A DNA stretch of 64,000 bases from Octopus sinensis (Eukaryota), in assembly GCF_006345805.1 (NCBI RefSeq), contig NC_043005.1, positions 24,118,001 to 24,182,000 on the forward strand, given 5' to 3'. Within the stretch, counting starts at the first letter, position 1; every line of letters starts with the position of its first letter. Made by a program: the position numbers and the translations under genes. Below, one piece after another: positions 1 through 13,781 of this stretch. The notes beneath the pieces were generated by a model, which saw only the letters and a list, made by a program, of their open reading frames with translations, was not told the DNA's origin and searched no databases.

Positions 1-3
1 ATA

Positions 4-39
<36 letters not shown>

Positions 40-148
40 TGATGTATGTATGTATGTATGTATGTATGTATGTATGTATGTATGTATATATGTATGTATG
101 CATGTGTGTGTGTGTTTATGTATGCATGTATGTACATATATATAAACA

Positions 149-496
149 AATAACAACAGATGGTTATTGTTAATTCTCTACAGCTGTTTGAAACAAGTTT
201 TTTTATTAACGAATAGAGTTATTGCATCATATGACAAAAAAAAACGTTTTCATAAGGTGAGCATACATGAATTAAACATTAGAAAAATCACATTCCAAGA
301 ATCGACATTCTGTGGCACTTCATGGATAGCTTCATCGAAGATTCTTTGGCTGAACGTAGCCAAGGAATCATGAGGTCGTATGTAATATTCATCTAATGAA
401 AAAAGGTTTTTTCGCATGATGTAATAATCCTATTCATCAATAAAAAACTGGTTTAAGACAGCTGTATTGAAAGAATCAATATCTATCTGTTGTTAT
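149..496. mobile_element. Fold-back element with two decayed HHR motifs (minus about 174-260, plus about 388-471)
   Basis: Inverted termini AACAACAGAT...ATCTGTTGTT and CAGCTG-TA stem III on both arms. Cores are mutated (CTTATGA/CAAA and CTAATGA/AAGA). Confidence 0.6.
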
Positions 497-1268
497 GTGT
501 TTATTATTCAACTTTCTCGGAACCTGCAATTAACGTAGATTGAGTGCAGTTTATGGGTGCAGTCTGTGCTCCTAGATACAGCCTTGAGCCTCGTGGCATA
601 TTCAGTCGGGTGCTTGTTATCGTATATGCAACTGGAATATTAACCTGTCTGTTCTTCGATATATACGTATATGCTCCTCTAATTTTGCTTTGTTCACGAT
701 TACTATTTATTTGACCTGAACGTGATGCTTTACTATTCAGACACCAGATTTACTCGAATCCTGAACTTTTGTACATACAAACACACACACACAAACAAAC
801 ACACGAACACACACACACGCACACACACACACGCGCGCACGCACATACACTACACACACATATATATATACATACAGTCAATTCAAAAAAATATAGCAAA
901 AAAGGAAAAAAACAAACGTGAAGACGCTCGGAGAAAGAAGAGAGTTGTAGTTTTACGTCACACACACAGAGTCGCGCACACATACACACACACACACACA
1001 CATATTTATATATATTTGTGCGTGCGTGTGTGCATGTATATATATTTTTGTTTATATATAATTTTATATACTTATTAAGCTATTTTGTAAATATTTACTA
1101 CAGTTACTTTACTTCTATTTATCCTTGATTTTTCTAACATTTAGGATGGCCAACTCTCTCATCATCTATCTAGCACATTCATTGATATGAAACAAACCGT
1201 CTTTGTTTTTGCTGATCAAAATAAATCTAATTGCGGAACTTTATACATTGTCTGTATAAATATTTTGG

Positions 1269-1722
1269 CGTAGGAGGGGCTGTGTGATAAGTAGCTTGCT
1301 TACGAACCACATGGTTCCGGGTTCGGTCCCACTGCATGGCATCTTGGGCAAGTGACTCCTACGATAGCCTCGGACCGACCAAAGCCTTGTTAGTGGATTT
1401 GGTAGATGGAAACTGAAAGAAGCCCGTCACATATATATATATATGTGTGTGTGTGTGTTTGTGTGTATGTGTGTGTATGTTTGTGTGTATATGTATTTGT
1501 ATATATGTATGTGTATATATGTGTATATATGTATGTGTGTGTATGTCTGTGTTTGTCCCCACAACATCGCTTGACATCCGATGCTGGTGTGTTTACGTCC
1601 CCGTAACTTAGTGGTTCGGCAAAAGAGACCGATAGAAAAGTACAAGGTTACAAAGAATAAGCCCTGGGGTCGATTTACTCGACTGGAGGCGGTGCTCCGG
1701 CGTGGCTACAGTCACATAAATA
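1269..1722 (+). mobile_element. tRNA-derived SINE, family A
   Basis: Head GGCTGTGTGATAAG...GGTTCGGTCCC and a body with an internal microsatellite. Other copies at about 3316-3737(-), 3872-4260(+), 33090-33490(-), 37580-37975(-) and 45660-45955(-). Confidence 0.85.
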
Positions 1723-1950
1723 TTTTGTTACTTGGAGTTGAATCATTGGTGTACCCGTGATGTTCTGATGACCTGGCGTGTACTTTAAATGCAGAGCAAG
1801 CATATTAATGCAAATGTGAAAGCAAAATATATTTTAGACTGGAAATATTGTTGCACGAAGAATGCTGTGAAACGGCCATAATTTAAGGATGTAAGGATGT
1901 AAAGTTGTTAAATAAACATATTCATGTTTAATGCTTTCAGAGATTTATGG

Positions 1951-2026
<76 letters not shown>

Positions 2027-2059
2027 ATATACATATATATACATACATACATACGTACG

Positions 2060-2091
<32 letters not shown>

Positions 2092-3507
2092 TAGCTATGT
2101 CCTTCTATATGCATGCGTGTGTGTATACATTTATTTTGTATCTATGTATGTGTGCGTGTGTGTGTACACATATATATGGACATCTGTAATTATATTTATG
2201 CATATGTATATGCGTATAAGTATATATACGACTATGTATAAATGTATGTAAATATTTATATATATATACTTATATATTCATATTTGTATTTTTATGTATA
2301 TATTCTTATGTATGTATATAAGCATGTATACATAAGTGTGTGATAATATACAAGAATATACACGTATAGGTAAATTTATTTATTTATTTCTACTTGCCTT
2401 AAAATCTCTTATGCTGATAATATATATATATATTCTTTAGTTTCTTTTAAAATTTTCTTTGCTGAATTAGTTTTAACATTTAAATTTATCCTTCTTGATT
2501 TGCTTTCATATTGTTTTCTGTATCATAATACTTTATTTGTATTTGGCTTTCCGGATTTCTGATTTGACCCAAAAGCTTTCATCTATCTTCATATTCATAT
2601 TTTATTTACTTCTTTAGTTTTAAGATCTATTCCCAAAATAACTAAAGTGCTTATATTAGTTTCGAAAACTGGAAACGCTTTTACGTACCAGTTATACGCT
2701 GCTATTGCCATCCGATTGACTTTATTCCATGTGGTATTCATTATAATATTTCTCTCTTTGTTTTTCTATCGGTTTAGTTTTAACTTAGCCCAATTGCTTA
2801 TAGTCCCAGAATGAAAAACATGAATAATTCGGTTAGAATTATATATTCTATCACGATGCAAATACATGGGGAATTTTTTCTTAGATGATTTGGAATCCTA
2901 TTTGATTATTGAGAAATAATTTTCATTTCAAATTGTTGCCACTCGTATATGGATCTATAATTGTTTATTCAGGGCTCTAAGCTTTTCACAGTGATTCCCA
3001 ACTGATTTATTTAACTGAGTTTTCCCACGGACCCCTCATAATATGCCTATCCTTATGTGTGTGTGTATTCATATATATATATATATATATATATGAAATT
3101 TTGAATTTAGTTCACGCCCACCACCCCGTACTACCTTTGCGGACAACCAGGCGTCCGCGGAGCCCAGGTTGGAAGCCACTGCTCTAAGTGGTTTTTTGCT
3201 GTGAGAGTAACAAATAGATGTTCAGCCCAGTTCGAAAGAGAAGCTTATATCATTATTCTAAGTATAAGTGTTATAAAGATAGCTTTATATCACAATTAGA
3301 AACACATACTCTTTTACTTGTTTCAGTCATTTGACTGCGGCCATGCTGGAGCACCGCCTTTAGTCGAGCAAATCGACCCCGGGACTTATTCTTAGTAAGC
3401 CCAGTATCGGTCTCTTTTGCCGCTAAGTAACGGGGACGTAAACACACCAGCATCGGTTGTCAAGCAATGCTAGGGGGACAAACACAGACACACAAACACA
3501 CACACAT

Positions 3508-3572
<65 letters not shown>

Positions 3573-5199
3573 TACGACAGGCTTCTTTCAGTTTCCGTCT
3601 AGCAAATCCACTCACAAGGCATTGGTCGGCCCGAGGCTATAGCAGAAGACACTTGCCCAAGATGCCACGCAGTGGGACTGAACCCGGAACCATGTGGTTG
3701 GTTAGCAAGCTACTTACCACACAGCCACTCCTGCGCCAATGTTTATGATTACTATAAATATATGTGCACATCACTGGTAGAAAGATAGTTTCATATCATT
3801 ACGGCTTGTTTATATGAATACTTTAGAAGTAGGTTTATTACTAGACTATAGAGTTAGGTATATAGGTATACAGGCGCAGGAGTAGCTGTGTGGTAGGAAA
3901 CCTTCCCAAACACAGGGCCTCGGGTTTAGTCCCACTGTGTGGAACCTTGAGTAAATGTACTCTAAGATAGACGCTGGATGACCAAAACTTTGCGAGTGGT
4001 TTTGGTAGATGGAAACTGAAAGAATCCCGTCGTATATGACTTTGTGTCTTTATGTATGCGCTTGTCCCCCCACCACCCTCAGCGCTAGACAACCGGTGAC
4101 CGTTTGTTTACGTCTCCATAACTAGCGTTTCAGCAGAAGAGCCTGGTGCTATTAGCACCAGGCTTAAAAAAGTAAGTACAGGATTCGATTTGTTCGTCTG
4201 AAAGACTTCTAGGTGTTGCTCCAGTTTGAGCACAGTGTAATGACTGAAATAAGTAAAAGAGAAAAATATACTAAATAGTTGAGTTTTTGTTACTTATAAT
4301 GATAACAGTGCTATTTAGCTAAAAATTTTACCAAATTATAAATCAGAAGCTGAGGGAGGCGGTATTCATTTTCAAAGGACATAAGTAGCCTGAAGGAAAG
4401 GAAATAGTATTCTCAAGGTCTCAAAGAATTGCACTGTTTTGTTTCATGGTTCTCACTAAAACTGATTTGAAAGGGATTTCCTATATTACTGCATGTCTGT
4501 GAACTAACCACTTCCAATTATTGAAATTTTAGTTGTCATTCTAGGAGGAATAAATGACGAGTTAGACTCAGGAAGGATTTGAGGACAAAAGTTTAAAATG
4601 TCACATCTAAACAGCAGGTATTTTTGTTCAGAGATCTGAAGATACTGCTATCATTGCCCCGTGGAACGCATTTAATGTAAAATATATTTAACAGAGATAA
4701 TGTTGTTGACAAAATGCCTTTTGGATTTTTTAAAGCCTCTTTATATAAATGGCTTAAATCCAGAAATTGTTGACTCTGCTTCCCAAAGTTTTAGGCCTGA
4801 TAAAATATATTACCATTAAGTATTTGAGTGTATCTATATATATTCTTCTCCATAAAAATATACAACCTTTCGCCATTTTTTAGATATCAATATTGAATCA
4901 TATTTAGTAAAGACATCACAAAATCTGATGGAAAGAGATAATATATTAATTGAACGAATGATTTTATATTGCAAGTAGCATTTGATTCCTTTGCCATATC
5001 TCGCCTTTGGGTAATTTAAACAAGAGAAACAAATGATAGTTTTGTTGTGTAGTCGCTACTTACTACAATGAATCGTATCCCTCTGAGTTAAATGGTTAGA
5101 ACTAAGTAAACTGTTACTATAGATATGAGAACGTGTATACTATCAACTATAGTACATATTGTTAACCTCTCCGCTGATTCTCAATTTTATGATGGTAAA

Positions 5200-6128
5200 A
5201 ATCAAAAAAAAATCAGAAGCTTGGATCTGAACAGCGATAACTAATCCAAGTAAATGTGTTACAATAGAAATGAAGATAAATATATTGCTAGGGAGAAACT
5301 GAATATGGATACCTTTTCAAGCACAATTCCTCTTTCTCTACGGTGCAAGCATTTGCGAAAATATATTAGTAATTGAAAAACAAAAATAGCAACAAACAAT
5401 GATATAGACCAATGATTAAACGTTTTGATGAAGAGTAGTCCCGACGTGTGTTACTTCTATTTTCATCTTCACAGTCGCCATGATAGCTGTCATGAAACAT
5501 TTAGTTGCTGTTACAGCTTTCTCTGTAATTGGAAACTGAACATTGATTAAAATCTTATTTTTTATGGAAACAAGGAAGTCATCAAGAGTAATTATCAAAC
5601 AAACCTAAAATACGAAATTCAAGTAAGGGCAATTAAACGTACAGCGGCAGGACGTAATTCGTTATAATTAATTTGGTGAACCAGAATGCAGATAAATTCA
5701 GTTTAAAATTCACATTTATCGGTAATCAATGTCGTTAGATTTACGAGACAAATACTTATAGTAGTGTGGACAGCGCTAAAGACATCCAAGATGCCAGGTT
5801 GAAGTGTTAAAAAAGGGTGATGAAGTAAATGTACTATGCAGACTTGGTGAGATTTGAACTCAGAAAGCAAACAACCAGAACATGTACTCCAAGGTATCCC
5901 ATCTGACATCCTGACGTCTCCGTCCTGGACTTGTAATTTTTTTTTTTATCGATCCCGAAACTGTGAAAATAAACGTTGACATCGACAGAATGTAAAATGA
6001 CAATAGTGAAGTATATGAATGTATCTTTCAAGTAGTTTTCTCCGAATATGATTGTTGAAAATGTGCTTCCCGGTTTGCCAAACCGAAACTAATATGTTTG
6101 AACTGATGTAATTGACCGCCTGGCACAA
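5200..6128 (-). pseudogene. Possible ancient class A GPCR-like pseudogene
   Basis: Hydrophobic segments in 7TM order across stops and frameshifts: NILVSV..., DTFIYFTIVIL, CQMGYLGVHVLVVCFLSSNL, IITNYVLPLYV, KRLIIGLYHLFVAIFVF, HIYLD*LSLFRSKL. Confidence 0.35.
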
Positions 6129-7132
6129 AATCAGTAGTTAATCATTTAAATGCAATGCAGCACAAGATTAAAGAACTGATTCTCTAATAGAATACAATAT
6201 ACTTTAGAATATATGATATTTCAAGTCGTGTAATTTCCGCTGCAGTAAGTGTCTTATAGAGGGATTTCATAGATTGTTTCGGAGTAGCCTTTAATGACAA
6301 CGGTAAATGGGTGTTGTCTTTAAACTCCCGTACTTAGACTCCTTTAGTCGACTCCTTTAGGGAGTTACTTGACTTAAGAATGTCTTCATTGAGCATTTTC
6401 TGCATGTGATTGAGTAATCTCGTTGGTAGATAATTTCAATTTATGAGATTTCCGAATCGCAGGTTTAAAATTTATAGACGTGGTAGAAGTGATTCCGACC
6501 GGATCTATTTTTAGTGAGGCTGGAGAGCAAGCCTTTGAGTCCTGTTGAGGCCACCGAATTCATCTTTAAATAAGTAAGCTTTAGCGAGTAAGTCCAAGAA
6601 TAAAGGATTAGCAGCAGTAGTAAGGTAGAGTAAGGAAGCGTATTCAGTCGCACGAATGGCATTTTACCTTGTCTACATGAAAATATTTCTTCACTGATGT
6701 TTTCAAATTAACTGAATCCATTGATAATATACATTTCTTGATGTTAGTAAACAATCTTACATTAGTAACAAACTAATTAAAAGACAGCATTTGCTGAAAT
6801 ATTGGTTAACTACTGCCTTTAGACAAGTTCTGTGAACAGTCAAGTTGATGATAAAAAAAAAAATTAAAGGTATGTATCGAGACAAGTCTCACACTTGTTT
6901 TCTTGAGAATCTACAATTCTGAAAATTATCTTTTATCTTTTCCCTGAAACAAACAGTACCACGGTTCAGACATTATATGCGATTATGTCGCGAAAAATAG
7001 CCAATAAATAGCAATGTTGCCGAGGAATTGCTGTACCTCGTTTGTTTCAGTTTTTAAAATTGTTCTGTAGCTACATTCACGTATTTTCGTTGCTGAATAG
7101 TGTCAAGGATTTTTCATCGGCTAAGTGAATAT

Positions 7133-7385
7133 TTGCAGCGTGGAAGATTTTTATAAGCTACTTAAAAACCCAAAGAAACCGTTAGATTCACTTCAACATT
7201 TAAATTTAATTTAGTAAAATAATTTCGTCGCTTTGACACCGCGACCTGATCACTAATTTTTCCAGTGAATAGGTCACGGTCTCAAAGCGACGAAAATATT
7301 TTGGTAAGTTAAATTTAAATGTTGAAGTGAATCTAACGGTGTTTGTGTGTTTTTAAATGGTTTATAAACACCTTCCACGCTGCAA
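7133..7385. mobile_element. MITE-like hairpin element
   Basis: Inverted arms of about 115 bp (TTGCAGCGTGGAAG...CTTCCACGCTGCAA) around a short spacer. Confidence 0.75.
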
Positions 7386-7884
7386 TTGTTTTTGTTTCAG
7401 CATACGATCTCAGATCAGGTCACTTGCTACGCAAGTACATCTCCGTAATAAGTGAATATTATTTTCTTAGAAGTAGCAGCTAATCCTTTTGTACGGGGGA
7501 CACTCAAAATAATTTCACAATTTTCTAAGTAAATTTAGTTCGCTTTGAATAGCTTAATACTAAACAAAGATAAATACCCAACACTTAAAATGACTCATTC
7601 TTCATAAAGGTTTGGCATTATAAGAAAGCTGAGTCGTAATTCATATTTCAAATTAACTATTGCAACAATTTGTGAATTAGATTGATGAATATCTTTGGAG
7701 GCCGGTCAGTTTATAACAAGTTTTAATTAACTAAACGTTCTAATGGTAATTTAGAAAGTACTTATAAGAGCTATAATTGAAGGGTGCAACTGCAGAATTT
7801 CGTAGACATTTGATAGGACATTTGTTATTTATATTAACATGGAATTATAAGGTATTAATATATCTCAGGCAACACAGTTGTGGT

Positions 7885-8675
7885 CTAGTACAGAGCGATA
7901 ACAGAGTAACGCGGTAGTAGGATGGCGAGAGGGAGTGCTATGTTAAGAGAAGTAAAGCTAAGTTAGAAGAATGAAAAGAAAGAAGGAAGTGATTATTGAG
8001 AAGTTAGTAATTAGCGATGGGGAAGAAGCAAAAGCTAAAATCGAAAGATGGCAGAATTGAAAAATGAATAAAAAACGATGGAAAATGTAGAAAAATGACA
8101 AAATGAAATATAAAAACATTAAAAAGGATAAGCTGGGGTAGTATGAAAAGTTTTAATATATTACATCAGCAGTGAACAGTAATGAGGTCTTTGGAAATCC
8201 TCGTTTGAAACTCCCAGAGAGAGATATTTGTTTTTTTTTGTTTGTTTTTTTCTTCAAACTTTCGAAAGCTTAAAAGTTCAAAAGTTCAAAAGATCTAACA
8301 ATTTTTTACGAGGTAGATAGAGAGATAAATAGACAGATAAATAGACAGACAATACAGTTCTATATTTAAGAGATGAGGAATTATGTACATTATTTACTTT
8401 ATTTACATTTGACGGATATTGTCCTCATCTTGTTTGTTGTTGAACGTTGGAGGGTATATCAGCGGAAACGTTGTGTTAACAACAAACAAGATGAGGACAA
8501 ATATCCATCAAACGTAAATAATGTAAATAGATAACATTTTCAATAGAGATAGACAGATAGACAGATAGTCAGACAGACAGATATATATATAACGGGAAGC
8601 TTTATGAAAATAGACAAAAGACGAAGGCAGGTGGGAAACAAACAAACAATTGTATTAGTATGGCGCTCAGGAAAT

Positions 8676-8756
<81 letters not shown>

Positions 8757-9335
8757 GGGGTCTTTCTGGTAGCGTGTGGCCTTGTTGCTAATTCTTTGGT
8801 TACTGGATTAAATATGCGCTTTCGGATATACAATCGTCCATCTGAGTTTTCATGGCTATTATTATTCTCTCTCTCTCTCTCTTTCTCTCTCTAACAAAAA
8901 ACTGTTAGACCTTTTGAACTTTTGAAAATTTGAAGAGAAAAAGCAAAAGATAAATAAACCTGTCTGAGAGTTTCAAACAAGGAATTCCAAAGACCTCATC
9001 ACTGTTCACTGTTCATGTAATATATTAAAACCTTTCTCACTACCTCAGCTTATCACCACCCTTTCAATTTTAATTTTTTAATCTTTAATTTTGTCATTTT
9101 TCTACATTTTGCTATCGTTTTTTCCTTCATTGTTTAATTCTGTTATCTTTCATTCTTAGCTTTTGGTCTCCCAGTCGCTAACTGCTAACTTCTGAAGTAT
9201 CACTTCCATCTAACGGTTCCTTCTACTCTTCCATTCCTTATAACTTAGCTTTACTGTTCATTCCTTATAACTTAGCTTTACTTCTCTCACCATCCTACTA
9301 CGGCATAGCCTTGTTATCTCTCTGTACTAGCATGC
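7885..9335. repeat. Old diverged inverted repeat (arms about 7885-8350 and 8860-9335) with a nested hairpin
   Basis: CTAGTACAGAG.GATAAC / GTTATC.CTCTGTACTAG and TGAGGTCTTTGGAA / TTCCAAAGACCTCA. Inner hairpin at about 8400-8530. Confidence 0.8.
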
Positions 9336-10061
9336 TGTTATCACGATCCATAACTCCTTTTCCAGGGAAAGTGGTACCAGAAGAGAACGGTACAAAATAA
9401 GTTACTACTTGTAGTTCTGAATAATATTTATTTATGAGTTCAAATTCGGATGAATTAAGTGAGTGCTAGCAATACACTGAAGCAATGGGGGTATTCCCTT
9501 TCTCATATATAACAAATAAATAATATTATTTAATTTCTTACTTGACATATCAGTGCTAGGCTTGCTTTAACAAATTTGGACACCCAGTCTTTAATTTCCA
9601 CTTAAAAATATTTCATGTCTTTCCACTATGGGAGATGCATGAGTGTTGCATCTTCACATTTCTCTCTTCGCTTGCATGAATTTATCGCGACTCATACTTC
9701 CTTTCCATGGTGAAGTGGCACAGGAAGAGAGCACTACAAAATAATTTACTATTTGTAGTCAAACCACACGTGGGCCGTAGCAATTTTCTTTCTTCTTTGG
9801 ACTTTTCCCTTTCACCTTCCGACGAAGAGCTATGCCCGAAATAAGATTCTCCTTTCACCGAGCGTCAAACTAATATAATTCTTGTGCATGTCCTCACGTT
9901 ATTTTTGTTTTGTTTTTGCTCTTTTCGTTTTGTTTCTTTTCGTTTTTTGAAGTGTTTGTTCATTGAATTGAATATATAAATCTGTAGACAAACACTCACG
10001 CGCACACATAAATATACATACGTACAAATGTGCATACAGTTATATATGAATGAACATATTT

Positions 10062-10103
<42 letters not shown>

Positions 10104-10139
10104 GGTGTGTGTGTGTGTGTGTATAAATTAAGCAGAAAA

Positions 10140-12100
10140 TGGAGAAAACTTTTGATAACCAAATAAATTGACTACCATCGGTTATAATTTTTTAAATACA
10201 AAACTTTAACACTGCTAACAGCCGTTTCTGCTACCTATGACAGTCGGTGCTGCCAAAGAAAATTATGAGAAAAATATTCGTCATCTATTATAGCATATCC
10301 GATCTGGTACATAAAAGACGAAAAGAGGAAAGAAGAGAGAACAGGGCCTTGAGATGAGGAAAGTAGGCCTAATAAATTAGAATTATGCCACTTTGAAGTG
10401 TTAAGCTTGAAGTCGATGAGCAAATGAATAAACTAGAAAAATAATTGGTGGGTTAATCTTTCTTTAGGGGTACCAGGTCGTATAAATGATAGGAAAATAA
10501 AACTAGTACTTTAGTACAACTGGATTCGCCAATAGGTTTAGAAAAAGTATAATACTTATGATTTCATAAAAAGTGCTTATTAGTATTTAACCAAAAACAT
10601 GTCCATAAAGTTGTTACACTAGTGTACTTACTGATATATTGTAAAGACCAACCACCTGCTGTCCGTAATGGTGTTGACCAAAGTCCACCCATCCCTATAA
10701 TTGGTCAGTTAAATTTAAAACCATGAGCAGGCTTAGACCTTTAAAGGGGTAGATATAAATAAGAAGTAAATAAAAGTGTGGGGAAGTGGCCTATGCCACA
10801 AGTGGCACAATACTGCTTGTTTTATTATAAACCAAACTGACATGAAAACAAGCACCATATGGCAGTAAAAGACTAACAATTAAGGAAGACTACCGTTACG
10901 GCCGGTTGTTGCTAGGTCGTTTACCTACATATTATAATACTAGATCCATCTCCTTACATAGCCACCATGGTCCCAAATGGTGGTTATACTAGACAAACAT
11001 TAATTGTCTAGACAGACGTTCCTGAGTACATCCTGCCTAGTAGACATATGGATTAGGCAGAAGCACAAAGCCTCAAATTAATTAAACGATTACAAGTGAA
11101 ATCACTTGCTAATTATTACCATGGTTACTAATACAGGGTCCTACTATAGTTTACTAAATCCTACATGATATATATTATTTTTGATATCATATCATATATT
11201 ATATTGTTCATTGTAGTAAACTTGTTATATTAACCTTTACTTTATTGCAACCATATGAGGGCCTACCACAAAATTTCAGTTACATACAAAATATGCCTAA
11301 GGGCAATAATAGCTCATAGGAAAGTGTCTACTGCGGTACCAAGTACATACAAATACAATCTAGAGAGGTGTGCAGTTAGTATTAAGTTGTTATGTTATAT
11401 GGTTGGTGGTCCTAAATGGGTAAATCTAATGGGATCCACAATAAATGGAAGTAGACCAGTATGCTGGCTAAAAATTAGGTCCAGATTGAAATGAAGCTAA
11501 TTAAAACAAACTAACCCATGGTGTAGAAAATTCAGTTAAGTAAAATTAGTTTCAAGTACAGCCTTTGCTGAGATGGCGGGTGCATGCTCTTCTCGAGAGG
11601 GTTTATTATTGGGGATTAAGTACTAATGCCCTCTGTATTCTAAATTAGGTTCATAGATGAAAGAACTGGTTTTGTTAAAGGGGGAGAGGAGGTTATATTA
11701 AGGCGAGATAGCTTAATAAATAAATTGCGTATTTAGTTATTATGAGTGGAGGATGGAATTTAAACTCAGATATGTTGGTGAAGGGATGTTACTCCTGGAT
11801 CACTTATAAGGGACCCAGGTGTGCAATACTATTAAACTAGCTTTGATTTAGAAGTTAAATGTGCCCTCATTTAATAGCGAGCACTATTTCTGTGGTGAAG
11901 AGCTCTGGATGCTATTTGTGGGGAGGGTCCAAAGGGTCTCTAATGCTATTTATATATAACGAAGTTATAATTACCCTTGTTCAAGCAGGCGTTTTCTCTC
12001 TTCCTTCAAGTTAAGTATTGGGTGTTGTGCCGCTAGTATGAAAACTTTTTCATTGATATAAAGATAGCATTTCTTATTTTTTTACATACTACGAAGAATC
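10140..12100 (-). mobile_element. Highly degenerate Penelope-like element (tentative)
   Basis: Motif-like remnants in PLE order on the minus strand: RAL..L..II.P.EKS (about 11600), NITSL (about 11225), WW.YV (about 10960), VYNKTS (about 10830), QYISK...TLWTCF (about 10640), FKLNT (about 10410). These are followed by a CT-rich tail and a GAAACGGCTG HHR-like remnant at about 10220. Confidence 0.4.
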
Positions 12101-13456
12101 GGAGGCGAGGACTTTCTATTCAAAAACGAATCTAGTATCTTTATCTTTAAGTTCCTAAATATATTTACTAAATCCGGTCGAGTTAATCTTATTTCTATTT
12201 CTGAAAGTGTGTTGGTGTGTGACTAGTTTACGTTTCATTTCATTTTGGGTAGTTCCTATATATCTCTTTTTACGTAACTGTGTTGTGACAGTGCACTGGT
12301 AAATTACATCTTTACTTTTACAGGTATTTCCAAGGGCACAATTATCTTTATTCCTACAGTCGCATAGATTGTGTTGTGGGGGAGTATTACTTGCTGTTGT
12401 GTTGGTGCTAGGTCTATTAAGGTTGATAGAGTTATTATGGTTCTGAGCGTTATCGTTACTAAATTTGTGGTGGTTATGTTGTCTTTAATTGTTACTATTA
12501 CTCATATTGTTGTTATTGTTACTTCTATCTAAATAGAAAATATCTAATTATTTATTACTTAGGGAGGAAATGATGCTGGCTAAGTTATGCGTAAGACTAT
12601 AACCTATCTTTATTACTTTATTATTTATAAGTTTCGAATACCTGCTATTCTTATCAAAGTGTTTATTTATAACGTTAAGTATTAGCTTAGCTAAGTCAGT
12701 TTTTATTTGCATCGCATAGGGAGTATGAGCCAGTTAATATCTCACGGATTTCCGGTTGTCTTACCGAACGACACATGTTATTGCTGCCAAACTGATGCAT
12801 ATGATGTATATGTGTATTAGCATAAATCTTATTATCTAAGTTATAGGCGTTGGCATCATTCATACCTCGCGTAGTTCCCCTCGTTTTATTATTAGTTGTA
12901 TTTCTATTATCATTGTTGATCTCCTTAGTGTTGTTAGTTCCAATCTAAAAGTTTCTGTGCTTTATTACTTAATTTACGCATATTTCTATGTTCTGTATTA
13001 TTGCTGTTAATCTTGTCAATATGGTTTCTAATTGTTACATTCGTGTATGGGATATATCTAATTCTACCTCTGTAACCTGCATCTTAAAATACTTTATTGT
13101 ACTTATCGTTATGTATATGTATACGTTATATAACTTGGTTTAAGAAGAGACAATATTTAAATAATCATTCTATAGATATGGTTTACATCAACAAAATAAA
13201 TGCATATAACACGCAATGCACATACTAAGACAAGGAACATATCGATGTATATATATATCCTCTAAATGATAATAGTATTTTATAAGCTTAAAGCTTATAA
13301 GTGATCACCGCGCATTGACTAAGATAAATAGTCTCATATTGGAGCATGTAAGCCCGCGACGGAATAAATTAAGGTTTGCTGCACACACATATTTATATAT
13401 GCACACTACACGAACACGTCCACACACACACATATATATGTGTGTGTTTGCCAAAG

Positions 13457-13557
<101 letters not shown>

Positions 13558-13781
13558 CTGCCAACGCACACTCATTGAAACACACATACATATATTCTTT
13601 CTGCTCTAGGCACAAGGCTCAAAATTTTGGGGAAGGGGGCCAGTCGATTAGATCGATCCCAGTACGTAACTGGTATTTAATTTATCGACAGCAAACGGTT
13701 GACCTAGGCGGAATTTGAACGTAAAGACAGACGACGCACATACACAGATATTCTCATATCAGTAATTGTCATAAACGTTTA

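Noticed and set aside
722-2251. Many ORFs made of YI, HT, CV, II or NN repeats, here and throughout the ORF track
   Set aside because: They are translations of (TA)n, (CA)n and (TAA)n microsatellites with no coding signal.
8170-8220. HHR-like (G)ATGAGGTC...GAAACTC in the arms of the 7.9-9.3 kb inverted repeat
   Set aside because: The core is incomplete, and stems I and II cannot be paired convincingly.
10235-13130. Possible mitochondrial insertion (NUMT)
   Set aside because: I could not recognise any mitochondrial gene, rRNA or tRNA in either orientation.
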